Source of the DNA: Azolla caroliniana | Taxonomy: Eukaryota; Plantae; Polypodiophyta | Assembly: GCA_043228905.1 (NCBI GenBank) | Contig: JBHGNT010000018.1 | Span: forward strand, 930,001-994,000 | Direction of reading: 5' to 3' | DNA length: 64,000 nucleotides | Shown here: positions 58,615 through 64,000 of the stretch, one piece after another | Layout: the number at the start of each line of letters is the position of its first letter | Position numbering within the stretch: the first letter of the stretch is position 1 | The notes under the pieces: model-generated | What the model was told of the DNA's origin: nothing | Database searches by the model: none | What the model saw: the letters and a program-made list of their open reading frames with translations, nothing else | Position numbers and translations under genes: made by a program

Positions 58615-61300
58615 GCTGCGGTGACTTCAAGCTTCTTCTCCGTTATGAGCTCCCGAATATGATGAAACCGTGCCTCAATATGTTTCGTTTTCGCATGGTA
58701 GACTGGATTCCGAATGAGGTGTATTGCGCTTTGTGAGTCGCAATGTATGGTTTGTGTTGGATGACCGATTCAGCTTGTAGCCAAAAAATCAACTGAAAGT
58801 TGGTGCAGCCAGATTGCTTCCTTCGCTACTTCCGACACGGCAATGTACTTAGCTTCTGTGGTCGATAGAGCCATGCACTCTTGTAATTTTGATCTCCATG
58901 ATATGGCGCCGTCGCCATAGGTAAATACATAACCTGTTGTCAACTTCCCATTGTCTGGATTGCCAACATAGTCGGAGTCAGTGTAGCCATCGACTTTGGT
59001 CAGATTTGCTGATCCGAAAGTCAGTTGTACATCTTCGGTTCCTCTTAGATACCTGAAGATGTGCTTGATGGCCTCCCAAAGCTTCCGTCCAGGTTTTGAC
59101 ATGTACCGGCTAACAACTCCTATGACATATGCAAGGTCAGGTCGAGTTGCCACCATTGCGTACATGAGACTTCCTACGGCCGATGTGTAGGGTATTCCGC
59201 TCATGCGCTTTCTCTCCTCTTCTGTGGATGGAGTCTTTGTCTGATAGTCAGAATGATGTCCGAAGCGGTGTTGGTGTTGGCTTTGCGTTCTCCATATTGA
59301 AGCGCCTCAACAACTTTCGGATGTAGTCGGACTAGGAGAGCCAAAGGCTCTTTGCTATCCAATTTCTCTCTATTCGCATGCCCAATATGTGTCGGGCTTG
59401 TCTGAATTCCTTCATCGTGAATTTGTGCTTTAGTTCTCCAATCTCTTCTTGATTGCTCCTTGCAATGAGCATGTCGTCGACATATAGGATCAGATAGATT
59501 CAGTACTCGTCGGCCAATTCCCGAGTGTACATACATGGGTCGAAGTTGGGTCGGCGGTAACCAAGCTGCTGAATGTAGGTATCGAATTTCTGATACCACA
59601 TCCTTGGCGCTTGTTTTAAGCCATAAAAGCTTTTCTTCAGTCGACATACGAGGTGAATTTCCTCCCTCATCGCCATGAAGCCTGCCGGTTGAGACATATA
59701 GATGTCTTCTTCCAAGTCTCCATGTAGGAAAGTTGTATTGACGTTCAATTGCTCAAGCTCTAGATCTTCAGTCGCCACGACTCCGAGTCGGAGTTGAAGA
59801 GTGATCATCTTGACTACTGGTGAGAAAATCTCGTCGTAGTCGACTCCATGTTCTTGTTTGAATCCCTTGGTGACGAACCGAGCTTTGTATTTGGGCTTCT
59901 CTAAATCATATACATTTTTGTATCGGAAGACCCATTTGCAGGGCCACGGCTTCCTTCCAGCTGGTAATTTGACCAGCTCCCATGTCTTGTTTTCCTTGAT
60001 CGAGTCCATCTCGGATTTCATGGCTTTTTGCCATTTTTCGGCATCCGGAGCGGCTATAGCTTCCTCGTAGGAGCTTGGTTCGCTTGCATCCGTGTAGTTG
60101 ACGTAGTTGAGGTTCAGTTGATAGATCCCTTTGTCGGACAGGTATTGTTTGAAGGCTCGGTAGGTGTATTCACCCTAGATCAGCTGACTCCCATCGTTAG
60201 AGTAGTGGGCTTTTGCCGATTAGTCGATGGTGAGTCCCATCGTTTTTTGCTGAATGTCCTCATGAAGGACTTGGCCAATTGTTTCGTCCAGGTTCAACTT
60301 TGGGCAGTTGTTGGCGAATGTTGTGCAAAATAGCTCCAAACTCGTCTGTAAATTCGGAAGGAGGGCATGGTCTTTAACTTCTTCTTCGAAGTTAATCCCT
60401 TGAGAGGAGAGCTCGTACAACACCCGGCTGAAGGTGTTGATGTGAGAGGTCGCAGGATTTGTGTCTCATCTTCATATTGAACAGTTGTCGGATCAATATG
60501 AGCTTTGATGAGGACTTCTTCTCATAAATGGCCTAGAGCTTCTCCCACAGGGTAAATGCTGACATCTCTTTGGCCATGTTGAAGTAGACGTTCTCGGCCA
60601 GATACATTCAAATGGTTGACCAGGTTATCTCGTCCAGGGAGCGTCATTCATCTGTTGTCATCGAGGCTGGCTTGTTGTGCCGTATTGCCACGATTTGATG
60701 CCGGATGATCAGTACATCCTGCATCATCTCCTTCCATAAGGCAAAGTTTTTGTCGTCAAACTTTCGGATTTCTACTCCTATACCGGATGTTGAAGCCATG
60801 TTCTGTAGGAAGTGAGATTGTTGGCCTGGTCCTTTCCTTCAGTCGATTCTTCTCTTCTCAGGTTTTGTGTTGTTGTTGCTGCCGGATTGTAAGTCGTTCT
60901 GATACCAATTGTTGAGTGTTGCAAAATAGGATTGAGGACCTATTAGTGAGTCTAGCAAACAACGCAAGTAGTGATTGAGGTAGAGATGTGCACTGTGAAT
61001 ATATTCAGGAGAATGAAAGTAGAGAGTTGCACATATGAAGAGAGAGAGAGAGAAAGAGAGAGATGTGCTCAAAGAAAGACAATTTACATTAACCTCTAGA
61101 TTAACCTCACTTATATAGTTAGGGTAATTTAGCCCTAACTATGAGGACGTGTTCACACTAGGATACAAATGGGCAGAGTGGGACTTTTGGCCCAGCACTC
61201 CAGCTCCTCAGATGGACTACAAAAGACAATTAAATGCCTTACAAACATTTTTCCCAGACAAAAGTTTGTTGGTAAACCTATATAAAAGTAATGTTGTTTA
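58615..61300 (-). mobile_element. Ty1/copia LTR retrotransposon, defective: 5' LTR, PBS, gag, integrase scrap, RT, RNase H; 3'-truncated
   Basis: The LTR ends ...tcaaCA at 60910 and is followed by the PBS tggtatcaga (tRNA-iMet type). Gag ATG at 60799 (IRKFDDKNFALWKEMM). RT motifs: WELVKLPAGRK, YKARFVTKGFKQ, LKKSFYGLKQAPRMW, LYVDDM. RNase H motifs: GYTDSDY, SWRSKLQ, CDSQSAIHL...TKHIE. Many frameshifts and stops; no 3' LTR seen; 5' LTR start is approximate. Confidence 0.93.
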
Positions 61301-64000
61301 ACACCACTCAATCATGGGTCAGATCAGAACCAGAATTCTTCTTGTGAGAGGAAAAAGTGGCATGCACAATCCTACTCATACCTAGAAGTAACATTCATAT
61401 GGCCTCACTTCCCTAGGGTTGCCTATGCTCAATTTTCTCAGGGATATGCAGCTCTTGGTGCTCTTGAAAAACAATGAGCACATCTATAATTCCAAGAACC
61501 ACAAACTAAATTGTAGTTATTTGATACATTTGTCGCAATGACTATTCTCGACAAAGTAGAAACCCTAACAAAGAAAATAACTTGAAAGATTTGGTGAGAT
61601 ATTTAGTCTCGATGATTGCCCCCGTGATAAGGAGCAAAGCATCAGTGCCCCATGATATAATTCGGACACAGATGGTTGCAGCCCCAATAATCACCAAGAC
61701 ATTACTCCAACCAGTGGCCGGTACCCAGCAGCTTTGGGAGCTGCCTAAATGAAGGTACTCAAGGTTGGCACTTATGTCATCAAAACAACTTGCTGAACAT
61801 AGGGATAATCATTGTTGGTATGTTGAAACGCAACAATGGCAGCATTCACATGGCATAAGCACAAAGTCACTATCCCCATTCCAATATAACTTGGGACTGT
61901 CCCATTCTAAACATGACAAAAGCAGAAATGAAAAGAGTAATCTGAGCTGATATTATGAAATAATGGAATAGCATGGATCAACCCCACAACATCTCTTGGT
62001 AGCAAGATGGCCCACTATAACACAAACTTTCTATATGCATCAGAGGATGGATTTATACTTGGGCCCTCTTATATGGATATACATCTACGTCATGCATGCA
62101 GTGTGATATGGCAGCTGCAGACCTCTTCATGTCAGTTAGACATTGTGGTAGGCAGATATGCATGCACACCTCTGGCCTCTGGAAAATAGAATTTGCCAAT
62201 TGTGTCACCAGGGTGTGGAATCTAAAGAGCACTATTTTTGTCACTGCACTTTTTTTTATAAAATAAGGGGAAGATATCATTGCCCTCTAACCAAAGCTTT
62301 GGACTATTTTTGCCACTGCACTTTCTTTATAGAATAAGAGGGAGATATCATAAGAGAGTGCTTGGGGCTGACTAGAGCTCAAGGGATGCAAGGAGAAGTT
62401 GTTGATGAACAACAATACAACCACACAAGCTCATCAACAAAGAACAATCACAACTTTCTTTGTTCCTGTCACTCCTACTCATGCTACAAGTCAATCAAGG
62501 GCTACACAAGTGGACTCCACCCCAGCACATTGCGAAAGGGTTGGGTTACAACAGATTGGGCAATAGCAATTTGTTGTGTATGTAGACCACCTCATGGATC
62601 GTGATCTTCCCACCCTTGTCATCGACAAATTAAGGCAATTATCTCCCACCATTTCAGGTGCCTCCTGCACTTCAGAGGTTTCTCCATTTTGGATCAACCT
62701 ATGCTAGAGATATTTCGAAAACAAAAATTATAATTTATCTGTCTTAAAATCTTACATGTCAATGTGATTCTCTAGACACTTCTATTTTTATTCAGTTACA
62801 CTTATTTTGATATGTTGTTCTCAAAGACAAGACAACATTTTAAGATGTAATATCTTGTTTGATTTATAGGCCATTCTGGTCTCTTAAAAGATGTTATTAT
62901 ATCTTTCTTTTTTTCTGACACATATATGCTGAAGATGTGATACCCCAACCATAGTGTCACAACAAACTTATATTTGAAAGAGATGCCCCATAATATGTCC
63001 AACATAAAAAAAGAAACAGAACTTCATATATCATTAAAAATTAATGTTTGCTTATTTGCAAAATTATGTTCACACAACTATCTCACCAATGTATATAATT
63101 ATTTTATATTTTATGGGCACAGTAGGCTTTTATTTAAGAAACAGAGGAACACCTGTCATGACGATGATGATGTCTCTCCTTTCTTGCAGATTCCCTCCCT
63201 TCCATTAAGCTGTCTTCACAGGAACTACTTTCACTTTGATGTCTTCTCTTTCTGCAAAATAGAAATCCAATGAGATGACAGACTTCATGAAGCATATCAT
63301 TACAAATATGTCGTTAGTGTACCTCTTGTCACATTTGTGCCTCTGTTTGGTACCATTTATACTAACTACATCCCCTTCTACTGGGCTGACTTTAGGATAT
63401 TGTTCACGATTTTGCCTAGCCCCACATAAAAAGTAAATATTCAGAGATCATCCACTGGGCAATCTTAATCATAGGATCAGTGTACATAATTTCTATGCAG
63501 CATCTACCAGTTGTAATCTTTGCATGTAAAATTCACTGCATCCCTGTCAATTGAGCTCTCCCTATCCAGACTGTATGACATGGTTACAACCAACAATAAA
63601 TAACTTTAAAAAATGTACATTAATAATACCCTGATTATAGACAACTAGAGGAACATATTCACAAGGTTCTACCTCTTATCACGAATTTTGTGATACCTCC
63701 CGTCTTTTGTGCTTTTCCTTCCTTCGGAACCATCATCACTATTTGCATTTTTGTATCGCCTTTCCCAGCAGATATGTTCAAACAATTCAGGAATCAGTAT
63801 CAACAAAGATATTAGAAGATTGACTGACGTCACCTAACTAGATAAGCTTGACTATCAGAACAAATTATACCACCCCTTGCTTGAGCCATTATTTCATGTT
63901 CTAAAATGTACTCCTGAGCCATGTTTTTCAATCATCAACCCTAGAGTACATAAACAGCTCTGACACCAACACATTTTGTACACTAGAATAAAAAAACTCA

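Larger units (their letters stand above)
55775..63759 (-). pseudogene. Multi-exon gene or pseudogene encoding an Arg/Lys/Ser/Asp/His-rich low-complexity protein, interrupted by retroelements; product unknown
   Basis: Stop-free phase-2/phase-2 exons: 63759-63673, 63570-63508, 63415-63323, 63251-63153, 62928-62854 (donor GT>AT), 62698-62591, 56760-56641, 55956-55867. All have lengths divisible by 3. Neighbouring exon-like blocks contain stops or frameshifts. Confidence 0.5.

Noticed and set aside
63955-63970. PBS-like tggtgtcagagc suggesting another LTR element
   Set aside because: One mismatch, no gag or pol motifs downstream, and the adjacent sequence is better explained by the exon chain.

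Overview
Eukaryotic (land-plant) nuclear DNA, AT-rich, with GT-AG introns. It is probably a fern or another seed-free vascular plant; that is inferred from protein divergence and cannot be proven here. The first ~48 kb is gene-dense, with eight spliced genes that I assembled exon by exon: DRG GTPase (-, runs off the left edge), ROS3-like RRM protein (+), DUF810/unc-13-like protein (+), GT64 glycosyltransferase (-), peroxisomal membrane MDAR4 (+), SDT1-like HAD hydrolase (+), FSH1/OVCA2-like serine hydrolase (-) and REF/SRPP (LDAP) lipid-droplet protein (-). The last ~15 kb holds decayed retroelements: an internally deleted copia with LTR and PBS, older copia RT and gypsy integrase relics, and a possible LINE piece. 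These interrupt a chain of short symmetric phase-2 exons that the ORF track largely misses. The most striking pattern is short local tandem duplication at splice and start sites. The single GT64 intron is flanked by a 14-bp direct repeat and is filled with decayed copies of its own exon 2, as the tandem-duplication model of intron birth predicts. Duplicated donor sites or start codons also occur in MDAR4, the HAD gene, the FSH gene and the GT64 leader. No CRISPR, rRNA or true tRNA gene was found.
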